From assembly GCA_976551045.1 (NCBI GenBank), contig CDPCPM010000370.1, forward strand, positions 1,922,001 to 1,986,000: a stretch of DNA of 64,000 nucleotides, read 5' to 3'. This document shows, piece after piece, positions 12,982 through 25,514 of this stretch (the first letter of the stretch is position 1; every line of letters begins with the position of its first letter). A program made the translations under genes and the position numbers. The DNA is from Glaucostegus cemiculus (Eukaryota). The notes below the pieces were generated by a model. That model made no database searches. It was not told the origin of the DNA and worked only from the letters and a program-made list of their open reading frames with translations.

Positions 12982-13756
12982 TGTTTGCGTGTGTGTGTGC
13001 GCGCGTGGTCATGGACATATGAATATTCTTGCAAATGTATATCTATGTTTCAGCGTGTGGATCCTTACGAATGTTGTGCTTGTGTGTGGTTTATCACCTC
13101 CTTGTAAAACTGTATTTCGCCACCTGCAGTGTTGTGCATATTTTCACATGACTTGTGCAAAATCTGACAAATGTTTTCAAGAACGGTTCAGCTTCAAGAA
13201 CTCCGTGTCAGTTTGATATCTCTCATTGTGCTCCATGTCAGAATAATATTTTTTGTGATTGCGGCCATGTATTTCATAATGCTGAAGTACGATTGCGCTT
13301 CAGATTATGTGCAAAATATCGTCCCTTTTGCTGAAGAGCTGCTTGCAACAGTTGGTGGTGGGCGTTGTTTCTTTCCTACCCCCTAAAATGTGCGAGTGTA
13401 TGGTGGGGATTGATTATGAGTGCGGCGCTGCAGACAAAGTTCAGTAGTTGAGTCCCTTCTACAGTCCTGAATGGATGGGAAGTGGGAGCAAAGGGAAATG
13501 GGGACCCCGGAGTGTTGGCTCCGAATCCCGACAAAAACATCAATGGTTCTGAAATGTGTCCGTGGATGACACAATGATTGATAGTAAATTATTCCCATGT
13601 CGCTGGTGCGGTTGGTCCTAGGGCGCTGGTCTTACAGACAATCTCTTTGGCAACATTAAGAAAAAAATAATTAACTGGTCCTGGGAACAGTTCAAGATTG
13701 GAAGAAAAACGCATTTATTGGTATTTATTTGATAACTTAATGCATTCGAGTGATTC

Positions 13757-14148
13757 TCATTGACAAGAATTGACAGTGTCCAACAGTAGAATGGAAACAT
13801 TGACAAAACTAGGTTTACCGCTGGATCGATTGACCGTTCTGGCAATCGTCTTCATTGGGAGGCTTTCGTGTCCCACCACACAGGAGACAGAAGCTCCACT
13901 GTTCCACTTCTCCCTCCCGACGTATAATAAACTGTACATGAAGAAGGAGCTGTTGTCTTTCTCCGCCACCACATCGGTGTTCCTGTAGTTGCGCGAATCC
14001 ACCGGCTTGTCATCGACCGTCCACTTGAGGAAGATACGACGAGGGGAGAAACCTCTGACTAAGCAGGTGAGAGCGATGGATCTTTGAGCAGAGAGTTCAC
14101 CTGTCGGCGGAAAGAAGACAGAGATGGACGGTTCCCGAGGGTGTGTAT
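13757..14148 (-). CDS. IGHM: IgM CH4 exon with secretory tailpiece
   Basis: (D)[14 protein letters not shown]...[17 protein letters not shown]...[42 protein letters not shown]. Internal TM donor G|GTAAAC after 13819, NVS sequon, penultimate Cys, poly(A) signal near 13715. Confidence 0.95.
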
Positions 14149-14599
14149 CTGCGGAACAATTGGGAGAACTTTTGTCACACAGAGCAATGGAAGAGACGAA
14201 TGGCTGATAGTTTAAGGCATGAATGAACTGTGATTCGGACTGAATATTGAAGGTATAACACTTCCGAACCGTCGCCGCTTGTCAGCCCCAGACAGTCAGG
14301 CCTCTGCCTCTTTCCTCTTAAAGAGCTGGACGGTTTGCTTGAGAACAGCATGAAGTGTACAGCCAAAGGATCAAATCGTAAACCCACACTGATCCACGCT
14401 TGTTTTTATATGCTATCGTCACCTCCGGCCACTTTTTCCACATATCCATCTCATCATTCACTGAATTACTACACCATCGGAGACATGGTAAAACGCAGGT
14501 GAAACGGCAACAGTGATTATCGAGGTGTTCGGTTTTGCAGTATGAACTAAGAGAAGAAATAGATCTGCTGAAAATCTAAAATGAGAACATAACATTGAA

Positions 14600-16560
14600 C
14601 AAAGGACAGGATACGGCCCTTCCGCACATGATTCTCTGCCAAATTTGGTTAATTATGCCAGGTTACACTCATCCCTTCTACCTGCTCATGGTCCGTTTCC
14701 CTCTGCATAGTTATGTGCCTATTGAAGAGCTACTTGAACGCCTTTCTTATATCTATTTCCAATACCACACGGACAGAAGAATGTAAGGCACCCGCCACTT
14801 CTTGCGTGACAATTTCGTCCCGCACACATCCATTGAAATCGTCCCCTCTCGATTTCAATGCATTCTCTCTCGAAATCGGCATTTCGGCCCTGGCAAAGTC
14901 AAACCAGCTCTCCAATTTACCTGTCCCTCTCATACCATCTCCGATCTCCCCTCAGCACCCGCCGCTTCAGGAGAAACAAAGCAAGATTGCTTCATTTCCC
15001 ATTCGAGCAACTGCCCTCCAATCTGGACGGCATCTTGGTCAACGCCCGAAACACCATTTACATTTCTTGTAATTGGGTTGTTCGAACTGAATCCAATACT
15101 CCAGATGAACCGCAACCAGAATTTTATTAAGCTGTAACATAACTTCCCGAATCATGATCTTAGTGCCTCGACGATTGAACATGCCATGCAACTGTTTTTT
15201 ATCACACTATGTACTTGGGCGGTCACTGTCGTGGAGCTATGTATTTGACTCCAAGATCTCTCTGTACATTAATGCAATGAAATGTCCTGCCATTAAGTGC
15301 GTGGTTCACCTTTGCATTTGATCGCACAATTTGTAACACCTCACACCTGCCAGGATTAGGTTCAATCTGTCATTTCACCTGCCATATCTGTAACTGATCA
15401 ATATCCTGCTGTATCACTTAGCGAACTACTTAAATTTCCAAAACGCCACCAGTCTATATGTCATCTGCAAATTTAATCTCCCACCTATCTACGTTTTTAT
15501 CCAAGTTATTGATGATTTCTGAAACAACAAATTTCCCGGAACATGTACCCACGGAACACCGCTCGACACTGACATCCAGCCGTAAGAAGACCAATCGACC
15601 ATTACCCTTGATTCCCTTTGCGGTAGACAACTCCGAATCCAAATGGGGAAGTTACCTTTGCCCCAATGCATCACACTCTTCTTGATGAGGCGGGCATGGG
15701 GGACCTTTTTTGAATTACCGCTGAAAATTCATACATGCAACATCCTCTGGTCTCCCTTCATGGAACTCAATATCTCGGCCAGTATAGACAAAGATGCCTT
15801 CCGACTTCTTTACCACACTATGTGGTGCGGCCACTTTCAGGGAGGTATGGTTTTGGACCCCACTATCTATATGTACATCAACTCTGTCAAAGTTACTGCT
15901 GAAACTGTCTACTTCATTTACAGTTGATTTTCAAAAGTTCGATACCTCAGACTCAGCAGGATTATAATCCATCTGCCATTTCTCTGTCCTCCTCTCCAGC
16001 TGATTTTTATCTCGCCGCTTCCTTTGGAAATCTTCAACACAATCTACAACGCAACCAGTCGTTGTATCTTCCACAAACTTACTAAATCAACATCCACAAA
16101 TTACACCAGGACATTTGTTTTTACCAATCACAAATAGCACAGGTCCCAGTACCGATCTCCACGGAACACTACCAGTCGTGAACCTCCAGCCAGAATAAAT
16201 TCGATCGAACTTTTGACTTCTATTGGAAGCCAATTCTGATTTAAAACGGCTAAGTCACTGTGGAACCCATGCAGTTAATCTTCTGGATGAAGATACTCTG
16301 AAGGCCATTGTGAAACACGTTATGAAAATCCTTATAGACAACATCCACGGCACTGCGCTCGTCGGTCACCTTCGTCACTGCCTCGGAATGCTTAATCTTT
16401 TATAAGACATGTTCTGCGGGCAACAACGCCAGTATGACTACCCCGATCTCGGCCACGCTTTCCCAAAACTTCTCAATCCTATTCCTCGGAATCCTCTCCA
16501 ATACTTTTCCAACCACTGACGTGAGACTTATCTGCATCGTGCAACAAATTCTGCCTCTTC
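14600..16560 (-). mobile_element. Degenerate CR1-type LINE fragments in the CH3-CH4 intron
   Basis: Broken RT motifs (SSGVP..., IKFADD at ~15454-15480) and CR1-like 3' segments. Multiple stops and frameshifts. Confidence 0.6.
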
Positions 16561-16895
16561 ATTTGTCTCCTCATCCTCCAAATTATCTCCCTAACGCATT
16601 TCAAAGGATCTTCAAGGAAGCTCACCTTGTCATCATCGTAACCCTGACGTCATCCTAACACCGACATTCGCTTTGTCTTCTCCATGACTCGTCCACCTTC
16701 CGTGTATCTTATCACCTGTTTTATTTCCCCTTTACCAGGCAGGACAATGGCGTTTCATCAAACATTAGATATTAATTTCTTTCCACGGGTATCGCCTAAC
16801 CAGCTGAGTGTTCTCAATACATCGTTTTTCTCACTCTGAAAGAAAAAAATGCAACGGCGCACCCCGCCGTCTCCCATCCACCAGCCCCGCCTCAC

Positions 16896-17204
16896 CCTTT
16901 TCGTTGCGAATGGAAGCCCTTTTCGGAGTTGGCATTTCCTCGTGGCTCACGATGCAATCAAACTCGTCGCCACTCAGCCAAGCTTGCGTCGAGATGTTCA
17001 GGTTGCTGATGACGCTGTCGGGGGCAGCTCCGGGCTGGAAGGTAATCTCAGATTTCAAAGGCGTACTTCTTTGGTTCCAAGACACTAGGATGCCATAAGG
17101 AGCATGAGAGACGACGCAGGTTAATGTAACGGTCGCTTCAAGTAAGACCTGCTCCAGTGGCGGCGGCTGAATTGTAATTTGCTCTTCTGCGCAAGAGCTA
17201 TGAC
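16896..17204 (-). CDS. IGHM: IgM CH3 exon
   Basis: (G)[42 protein letters not shown]...[22 protein letters not shown]. Acceptor ttttacag, donor gtgag, phase 1. Confidence 0.95.
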
Positions 17205-17458
17205 CTGTAAAAGAGAAACAAAAAGCAATGCAAGCTCCAGCAACAGAACATGGAATGCAAGATTCACCGTCCAAACTCAAAACAGGAGAGGATCCCTCTC
17301 CGGCCCGAAGTCTCTACTTGCAAACATTTTCTGTGTCGGATCACAAAACAAAATCAGAATGGAATTAGAAACTTTTTCGGGGGTTGACCGAAGGTCTAAC
17401 TTGGACTGAAGACCACACTCATTGTGAGATTTAGAACTTGAATGGATGCGTTTCTTAC

Positions 17459-17770
17459 CTCGAGTGACACTGATATTTCGGCTTTGCGTGTACTCTTCAT
17501 GGGTGACCCGGCAAGTATACACTGAACCACTAAACCACTCTTCGGCTGAGAATATCACTTGGCTTGTCGCCGAGAAGTTCCCGTTAACCTGAAAGGAGGG
17601 AGTGGTGACGATGCCTGAATCCAGAGACTGTCCATTCTTCAGCCAGTTTACAGTTAGTTCCGCTGGCCAGAAATCGGTAATCAAACAGACGGCGGTCCCC
17701 GTGCTACTCGTTTTGATTTCCTCATTGGAATTCATTGTGATGACGATGGTTGGATGATGCACCACTCGAA
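17459..17770 (-). CDS. IGHM: IgM CH2 exon
   Basis: (V)RVVHHPTIVITMNSNEEIKTSSTGTAVCLITDFWPAELTVNWLKNG...YTCRVTHEEYTQSRNISVTR. Acceptor cttcccccag, donor gtaag. Confidence 0.95.
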
Positions 17771-18164
17771 CTGGGGGAAGATAACATTAATTCCAATTAA
17801 TATTAATATGCAACTGATCGTCAATAAAAAAGTAATTTATTTATGCAGAGTTGACAATGTAAACTAAAGTAGATCCAGTTGGGTTTTTCTTCACCGTGAA
17901 GTGAGTTCTCCACAATTCACCGCAATAACATAGCTTTCTACTCCCTCACAGTCGTGGACACATAATGATGATACCAAATTGTGTAGCTATCAAGATGCTT
18001 CACGAAGTGCTGGTAAGTGGGAGTCGTGGGGATAAGTGTTTCATTGCAGTCATGGAGGTGATGGCCGAATTGTGTGTTTCCGTACTCCATCTTTATGATT
18101 GTAAAGATGCCTCATAAATCTCTCAGTAAGGTCGCATCAACGGATCTACAGAACACAGAACGGA

Positions 18165-18640
18165 GATAGAACATAGAAGAGTCGAGCACATGAACATGCC
18201 ATTTGGCCCACGATGTTATGCTGAAAAAGTTAAAGGAGCACTAACCTAATCCCATTGGAATACTCAATATCCCTCCATTTCCTGCACGTTCATATATCTA
18301 TCCAAGAGCCTATTAAATACCTCTATTGTATTTGCTTCAACAACAACTCTGCCAGCGCATTCCAGGCACTAATCACTACCTCTGAAAAAAGGGCCCTGCA
18401 CTTCACCTTCCAAAGTTTACCCTCTCGCCTTCAATGTATGCCCTTCAAGATTAGATATATCGAACCTGCGGAAAAGATACCGGCGGCCTGCTCTATCTGC
18501 AGTTCCCATTGTCTTAGCAACTTCGATCCGGTATCTCGTCAGCCTCCGCCGCTCTAGAGATAGTAACCCAAGTTTGTCCAAACTCTCTTTATTACATATG
18601 TCCACTGATCCAGGCAGCATTCTGACAAACCTATTCTGCA
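18165..18640 (-). mobile_element. CR1-type LINE 3' fragment in the CH1-CH2 intron
   Basis: Translation LDKLGLLSLERRRL...GHTLKARG is typical of the CR1 ORF2 C-terminus. Confidence 0.7.
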
Positions 18641-19639
18641 CAGCCTCTGTCTTCGATGCGCAAGTCAGTTCTGAGTCTAAATGACTAATTCACCGTGGCT
18701 CCCATGGATCTTCAGGATGATCCCACCATGAGAGACGACGTCCAACGCCTATTGTGTGTTTGGCGTGTTCAACCATCCAGTGCATCTCTCGTGACCTTCT
18801 CTTTTTATTTGGGGGGGGGGGTGTCCGAAATGATAGTACATTTATCCTGCTCAGTGATCCTAGACTAATAGCATCACTATATTTCAAACACGTGAAATAT
18901 CTGAGAATGCAAAGCACTGCTCCTTTTCTCACAAGAAGAGAAGTTGCTTGGCCAGAATGGGTCACTCTTATCCTTCTGTTCTGAGAAAACAACACTGTTC
19001 ATGTCCTTTCTTTCCACTGAGACATGAAGGCATTTGTCGGTATGTTGGGGGCAGCACTGTGAGCAGTGTTTTATCTGTCATATGGACTCCTAATGTTTGC
19101 ACTCCACTTTACCAGTAACATTGAAAATGGAACTTTAGCTGATTTACGAAACGGTGAATTGGTAAATTAGCTTTTCATTGTTACATGGAAGGAGGTACAG
19201 TGAAAAAATTCATTTTGCATGCCATCCATGCATATTATTTTATCAGATCAATACATAGATGTGGTACAATGGAAACAGTAACAGTATGCAGAATACAGTT
19301 ACAGAGAAAGTGCAGCGCATGCAGCCAATTGGACGCACTTCATATCAGGTTGGATTGTGAGGTAACAGTCCATGTTATCATACTGGGGAACGTTCAATAG
19401 CATTCTAACAGAGGGGCGAAAGCTATGCTTGAGCCTGCTGGTACGTGCAAAGTGGAAAGTGGTGGATGGAGGTCCGAGCGGTGCGGTGTAGGTTCAATGT
19501 GGCACAGGCGATAGAAACTTAATAACAGATCAAATTAAAAATTAAGAATTTTCTTTCGAATGTGAACATGTTTACACCAATTGACATGTCCCGTACTCTC
19601 TGATTAACGCGAGCACCCGCGGTATACCCCAACACATAC

Positions 19640-19936
19640 CGGGTATTCTGACTTCCTTGACTGTGTCGCCGTACCGAACCACGCAGTAAAAGACGCTGCT
19701 CCCCGCCTCTCTCTCGGTAATTGTTAACTGGCTACTGCGGGTGAAAGATCCTTTCTTGTTGAACACGGCTGGATAGTTGATCAGTCCGGTGATGATCGGT
19801 ACTTTGTCTTTCTTCCAGGAAAAGCTGATGCTATGTGGAGAGTAATCCATCGCCAAACATCCGAAGGTAACCATGTCGGAGGGACTGGGTTGCTCACAGG
19901 AGAGGAGAGGGTAGACAGTAGGGGCCGATGGGTCCG
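19640..19936 (-). CDS. IGHM: IgM CH1 exon
   Basis: (A)DPSAPTVYPLLSCEQPSPSDMVTFGCLAMDYSPHSISFSWKKD...YPAV...SSQLTI...FYCVVRYGDTVKEVRIP. Retains the N-terminal Cys for light-chain linkage. Acceptor tctttccag, donor gtatgt. Confidence 0.95.
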
Positions 19937-22684
19937 CTGGAAAGAAATGGTCACGTGAATAAATTAAACTTTATATTCCTGGCTTATAGGATATTAAAAT
20001 TATTGGAAAACTCAATATGTAAAAACCGCTGCGCTATATTTCAGCAAATGAAGCTGCCGTAACCGTACAATTGAAAGTCGCCACTACAATACGTCCTCAG
20101 CTAATCAGAGCGAAATTATTTCTGCAACACACAATTGCAAATACATGGAATGGGCATTTCCAACTGTTTGAAGGCCACACCTATGCCTGATTTCCATTCC
20201 CCGTATAAAGACAGAGCTCACGACCAGCAAAACGTCATGGGTCAAATATATGTTGACAAGTCCCATAAACAATCGGGCACTGCAAATAATTTCCGAGATC
20301 AACAGGTTGACAATGGATTAGTACAATGCACTGCAGCAACGCGCCAAGGATTCCTGTCCATCAGGCGAACTCGCGAATTCCTCAGCCTTGAAGCACATCA
20401 TTGCAGGTTCCCTGGGCTGCAACTATCTGAAAGTTACAGTCAAAGCATGCATCATCCTCAGTTGCAGACTTATCTCTGTGCTTCCACTATTAGCTGCTGT
20501 CAATTTCTCAAGCACTACTGGCAGTGCGCAACTATCACCAGAATTGTATTCAGTGTGAAGATTCCACCACACTCTCATGTGCACTTCAAGCCAACTTGAT
20601 GAAAGGACCGATACAATGCTGTCCTCCATTTAAGCGTTAGATACCGTGTTTCATTATTATAACTAGGATTAATGTAGAGTAGGGGCTCCCTTAGACTGCC
20701 CAGTCTTGGCATTTCCCATCAGCAGTAGCAAGGCAGGAATTGTGAATGAACATCCAGCGGTCCTGTGTTAACAGTAAAATGTTCTCTTGTCCCTCGCCAA
20801 ACCGCCAACCCTGATTCAAACAGAACATTGTCTATCCATTGGTTTAAATTTGTTCCTCTCAAAGGCATTCCATTGACTTTCTCCGTCTGAATGCCCCCAA
20901 CTGGGTTACTGTTCCGAGGTACCTCTTCGGTCCGAGGGAAGTATTCGTCCCTCATGCTCAGACAAATATAGTTGCGGGTCAAAATGCGCCAAAGTACAAT
21001 ACAAGAAAATAAAAGATTGACAGCCAGGAAACCGACAGAATCTTTGATTCCCATTTGCTATCCAGTCACCACAACAGGCAAATTCTCTCGAAGTGAGCTG
21101 CGATTTAATTGGTGAACATTGTTTTCAACACCCAGCAGTATCCCGTCACCGTTAATGACCGTGAAAACCTAGAGTGACATTCCCTGGAAATGTTTAGACC
21201 CAGTAATTCATATCTCGCGGTAAATGGATGACATAACACCTAACATTGGGACATACTGCGCTAAGGTTTTGAAGGGTGACGAAATTAGACGACGGCAAAC
21301 AAGTCGTTGGTGCAATTTGGTGACAAAATGCACCTTCTGAAATTCTGAAGTTCAATTGCACAATTGCGTCACTGAGCAGCACAGCAGAATAATACAATAG
21401 ACTGTAATGCCAATGTGGATATCACTGACGATTTTCGACAATTTATTCAAACACTGTAATGCTGTCCGATCAGCCATGCGTGTCAAGAATAAGTTAGGTA
21501 GGGTCTGCTTTCATGGAGAATTAATATTGACGTTCATGCACTTTAATGTAACACCACTTAAGTTTAACACCTGCTTCTCATTGGGTAGGCGTTATAATCG
21601 TTTGCATCAAGAAAGTATGTAATGTCGCTTCCAAACAAGCAAAACTTACATGAATAACTGACCACCTTCAAAGCAATATATGTTAAATAAAACATATATA
21701 TCTTTTAAGTGATCGTTTGTAGCTACCTGTCCTGTTTGTCTTCCATCAAATAATGTGAACCGACAATTAGTAAACCAGGAACACACGCTTCCGCTGGCAT
21801 TCACCGTTCAGAAGTGCCAGCCGGAGCTACAGATCATGAATTCACATTGTCTCCACTGGACAACGGGGAATTGATACTGCTGACGGGCTGAGTTTCATAC
21901 CTTTTTTTACAATTCACTTCAACATACTCAACTTACAAAACTTGGAACTTTTCTTGCATTGAGCCAATCATTGCGAATATAACCATAAATGTAATAAAGG
22001 GAACACGGTTTGTGATGCCATGGATCGTGTTTCACCGATCGTGATTTTACAGCATAACCGTGAGATTGGATTAATTTGCCACTTCATCGTAATTGAAACT
22101 TTATTGGTGGATAATGCTCCCTGAGTGCGAACCTTGAACGTCTGTAGCTTCTACTAACAAGAAAATGTTGTTTTTTTTTTCATGCAAGTTTTGCTGGAGA
22201 TTAGATAAATGGATGGCAAAGCGCATTCACCAATCAATGCATATATTTCAGATTATTTTGCACTCAACATTCACCTGTTTATGTCTTGCCTTTCCCTCCA
22301 TAAATTCACACAATACCGAATGAAACAAATCGTTTGCTGTAGGTCAGGAACAGCAGTTAGATATTTCTCAGGTTAAGCATTGCAAAAGTGTTGATCAATT
22401 TAAAGATATCACGATATGGGAAGCAACTAGCACTAAAGTTTATTGAGTACATAAGCAGTCAATCACAACTGTCATGGAGCCAATGCATCAAAAGGAATTA
22501 GCACAAAAACAAGCTTAACTGCGAATCTTTCTGCTGCAAAGTCACAAAGCAGTTTGCAAATTGATATCAATGCAGAATTCGGGAAATTGCAAAATGGACC
22601 TGCATGAACAAATTCTTATAATCACCCGAAATGCAGAATAAAATCAACATTGGAACAGACGATAAATAAAGACTGTTTTCCTAC

Positions 22685-22770
22685 CGTCAGTCACTGTAAG
22701 CATGGTGCCTCCTCCCCAGTAGTCCAGGTCTTCACAGTGTTCCGTTCCTGAGCTGCGTCACACAATAACC
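22685..22770 (-). other. IGHJ: JH segment (coding 22732-22685) with 5' 22-bp-spacer RSS
   Basis: ggttattgt-22 bp-cactgtg then (E)DLDYWGGGTMLTVTD|gtagg. Confidence 0.92.
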
Positions 22771-23086
22771 AGGTCTGCAAAGCAGAGGCAGAAAGCAAAA
22801 ATTAGTAGAAATTCGCACATTTCATAATGAAGGTAAAAACAATATTGAGCAATACGCATGATTAATGAGTTAAAGGAAGCATTCCAACAGATATAAAATA
22901 CTATTGTGCTGTTTATCAGACAGGTCCTTGAAATGCGACTTGTATCTTTGAAAGATAAATGATAAATAACCAAGAGTTATACAAACACTAAACTGTGCTA
23001 AGTTCGTCTCGGCTTAAAAAGAGCTTCATTGTGTGAACCATTCTGTTCACACATTGCACACTGACACACAACCACACGGTTTAGAT

Positions 23087-23153
23087 TCTTTTTGTGTTGA
23101 CAGGAACCATCGTGCGGTCCATCCGCACAGTGAAATAAGCTATGTCAAATACT
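23087..23153 (-). other. IGHD: DH segment (CGGATGGACCG, 23125-23115) flanked by two 12-bp-spacer RSS
   Basis: Plus strand: ctttttgt-12-catcgtg [D] cacagtg-12-tcaaatact. Confidence 0.8.
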
Positions 23154-23454
23154 CCACAGATTTTGTTCTGCTTAAGAATGATCAGGTAGAATTCCATCTC
23201 ACTCTGAGAATCACAATTCAGACACCACTGACAGAGGGCACCAATGGAATCTATCACTGTGTCCTGTTCACTGCCAAATATGAAGTTCAATATCATCTTG
23301 CTGCAGCACATGCTTTACGGCATAAATTGCACATAGGACAGTTACATTTTTTAACTGATCTATGTTATTTCAGGTGCTTAAATTCTATTTTAAATTTCTG
23401 ACCTCTGCCTCTCCTGTCCTTTTGGTAAGCTCAAACAGGAGGTACTGGATGCTG

Positions 23455-23492
23455 GGATTTTGTAGGGGGAGGTCACTGCTTGCAGTACTGTG
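23455..23492 (-). other. RSS 3' of VH (22-bp spacer)
   Basis: Minus strand cacagta-ctgcaagcagtgacctccccct-acaaaatcc. Confidence 0.85.
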
Positions 23493-23809
23493 TCCAACGT
23501 AGCTCCATCTCGTACAATAATAGACAGCGGTATCTTCTTCCATCAAGTTGTTCACGGTCAAGGCAAAAACACTTTTTGCAGTGTCTTTGTACGGAGTAAA
23601 CCGACCTTGGATCCCTGCGGCGAATAGCTGGCTTGGAGGAGAATGGTACAAAAGCAACCACTCCATACGCCGCCCGGGAAACTGTCGGACCCAGCCCATC
23701 CAGGAGTTGATAAGATCCACCCCGCTGGCTTTACAAGTCAGTGTGATAGTGCCTCTGGGTTTGGCGGTATCCGCCACCGGCTGAGTCAACAAGAGATTGG
23801 AGTGGACAT
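23493..23809 (-). CDS. IGHV: IgH V exon (elasmobranch IgM-type VH), probably germline-joined to D1
   Basis: LLTQPVADTAKPRGTITLTCKASG...WVRQFPGRRMEWL...RFTPYKDTAKSVFALTVNNLMEEDTAVYYCTR plus WSYVG before the heptamer. Acceptor tttgcttatag. Open frame. Confidence 0.93.
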
Positions 23810-23951
23810 CTATAAGCAAAAGAAAAGAAAAGATGTCTGCGAGTGATTACGGACACTTAATTTCACAGAGAAAAGAAGGTAAAGACATACGTATAAAATG
23901 AAAGAGAGCGAGTGAGAGAGAGAGAGACAACTCGGCATCAGAATTACTGAC

Positions 23952-23997
23952 GGGATACAAAAGCCAGAAACAGGCTCAGTGCAGTCGGCCACTTCAT
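23952..23997 (-). CDS. IGHV: VH leader exon
   Basis: ATG...MKWPTALSLFLAFVS, 46 nt, phase-1 donor gtcagt. Confidence 0.85.
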
Positions 23998-24084
23998 CCC
24001 GCTGGGAATCTTGCCAGGACCGATTCTGCACAGCTTCTCAATAAACCAGCTGCAGGGAAGTTGGATTGTGGAGTCTCCAGGAAA

Positions 24085-24120
24085 CATTTAAATACTCGAC
24101 AAACGGGGGCGGGACTTTCA
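24085..24120 (-). promoter_or_regulatory. Putative VH promoter: TATA-like tatttaaat, GC box and kappaB-like gggactttca
   Basis: Motifs lie about 90-125 bp upstream of the leader ATG. No octamer seen. Function inferred from position only. Confidence 0.4.
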
Positions 24121-25296
24121 CCGACGCCTATCGATTCAGGGGGCGGCTGCCAAAGCTCAGACGCCTCTCCCTGATCACGAACGGTCCTCACTCATACCTT
24201 ACACTTCTAAACTAGTGCAGACAGACTCAGGATTACCAGGTACTTACCACGCGGTTCACACAGGAACATCATCACAATCCTCGTTGTTATTTTCAACCGA
24301 GCGATGCACAGATATCAGAGTATCAGTCGAAAAACATTTCTGAAACAAATCATTGCCCTGCTATATCCCTACTCCAGAAACCCATATATGAGAACGTTTG
24401 TTAATAAAATCAGTTCAGAGTAAAATAAACTTCATGGCTCATGCCAGATGGTCTGCGAAGCTGCTAGTTTATGACGGACACGCAGACCAGCAGGAAAATA
24501 AAAGAAATCCAGTTGCTCCCCATCTTTTCCAAGTTCCTTTATTGTATTTCTCATCCATTTATCTCCAAAGTTCGTGGCATGCTTTTGGAGGGCGGGGAAG
24601 AGAATGGTCTTCAAATCTGTAAATCCTGCATACCGTTGCATATGAAAATTCTTTATCATTTGCTATCATAGTTAATTTGATCGGATATGGATCTGTTTAA
24701 TAATCCTGTACCAGTGGAATAAACAGAAATTTATTTATGTCTTCAACAGAATTTAAGGCATTGATTTGCAATACCACAGAATAACTATCACTGATTAAAG
24801 AGTTAAGCGCCAAGCATCTTCCTTCAATAGCGTCAGACCATCTCACACGAATATTGGCAACACGCCAATGAATGGCGTGACCTCCGATCGAGAAACGAAC
24901 ATCAGTTACAGGAAATGTGTGGACTTCGGAAAGAAACATACGAACTCATTCCTCGCTGCGAACTGCTTGGATGAAAGCCCGCTCAAACAGACAACATAGT
25001 CGGCAGGTTCTACAGTAAATTAAATTCATAATACTACATCTATGCATTTTCCATTGCCCAGTTGCGTTAGAAACCTCTAATGCCAGGTTAAGGAGCGAAC
25101 AGGCTTCACGCATAAAGTCAATAATGACAGTAACTTGAATGTAGTGCAAGAAACGATAGACACAGATAGAGGGAATCATAAATTGATGAGAGGGACAAAG
25201 AGAGAGATGGAGAGAGAAAATATTAGAGGGGCAATGGTCCGTCGTGTATGCATGTATATATATACATACAGAGCTAGATAGGTCGATAGATCGAAG

Positions 25297-25514
25297 NNNN
25301 NNNNNNNNNNNNNNNNNNNNNNNNNNNNNNNNNNNNNNNNNNNNNNNNNNNNNNNNNNNNNNNNNNNNNNNNNNNNNNNNNNNNNNNNNNNNNNNNNNNN
25401 NNNNNNNNNNNNNNNNNNNNNNNNNNNNNNNNNNNNNNNNNNNNNNNNNNNNNNNNNNNNNNNNNNNNNNNNNNNNNNNNNNNNNNNNNNNNNNNNNNNN
25501 NNNNNNNNNNNNNN
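25297..25514. other. Assembly gap
   Basis: Run of N. Confidence 1.

Noticed and set aside
12798-13216. Cys-Val and Thr-His repeat ORFs, and X-containing ORFs across the gaps
   Set aside because: Translations of microsatellites or N runs.
23010-23075. cattgtg...cacacat possible extra D between D and JH
   Set aside because: Nonamers are absent or mis-spaced.
23225-23295. Possible second D (cactgtg-tcctgtt-cactgcc) between VH and D
   Set aside because: No acceptable nonamer at 12 or 22/23 bp on the left and a poor heptamer on the right.
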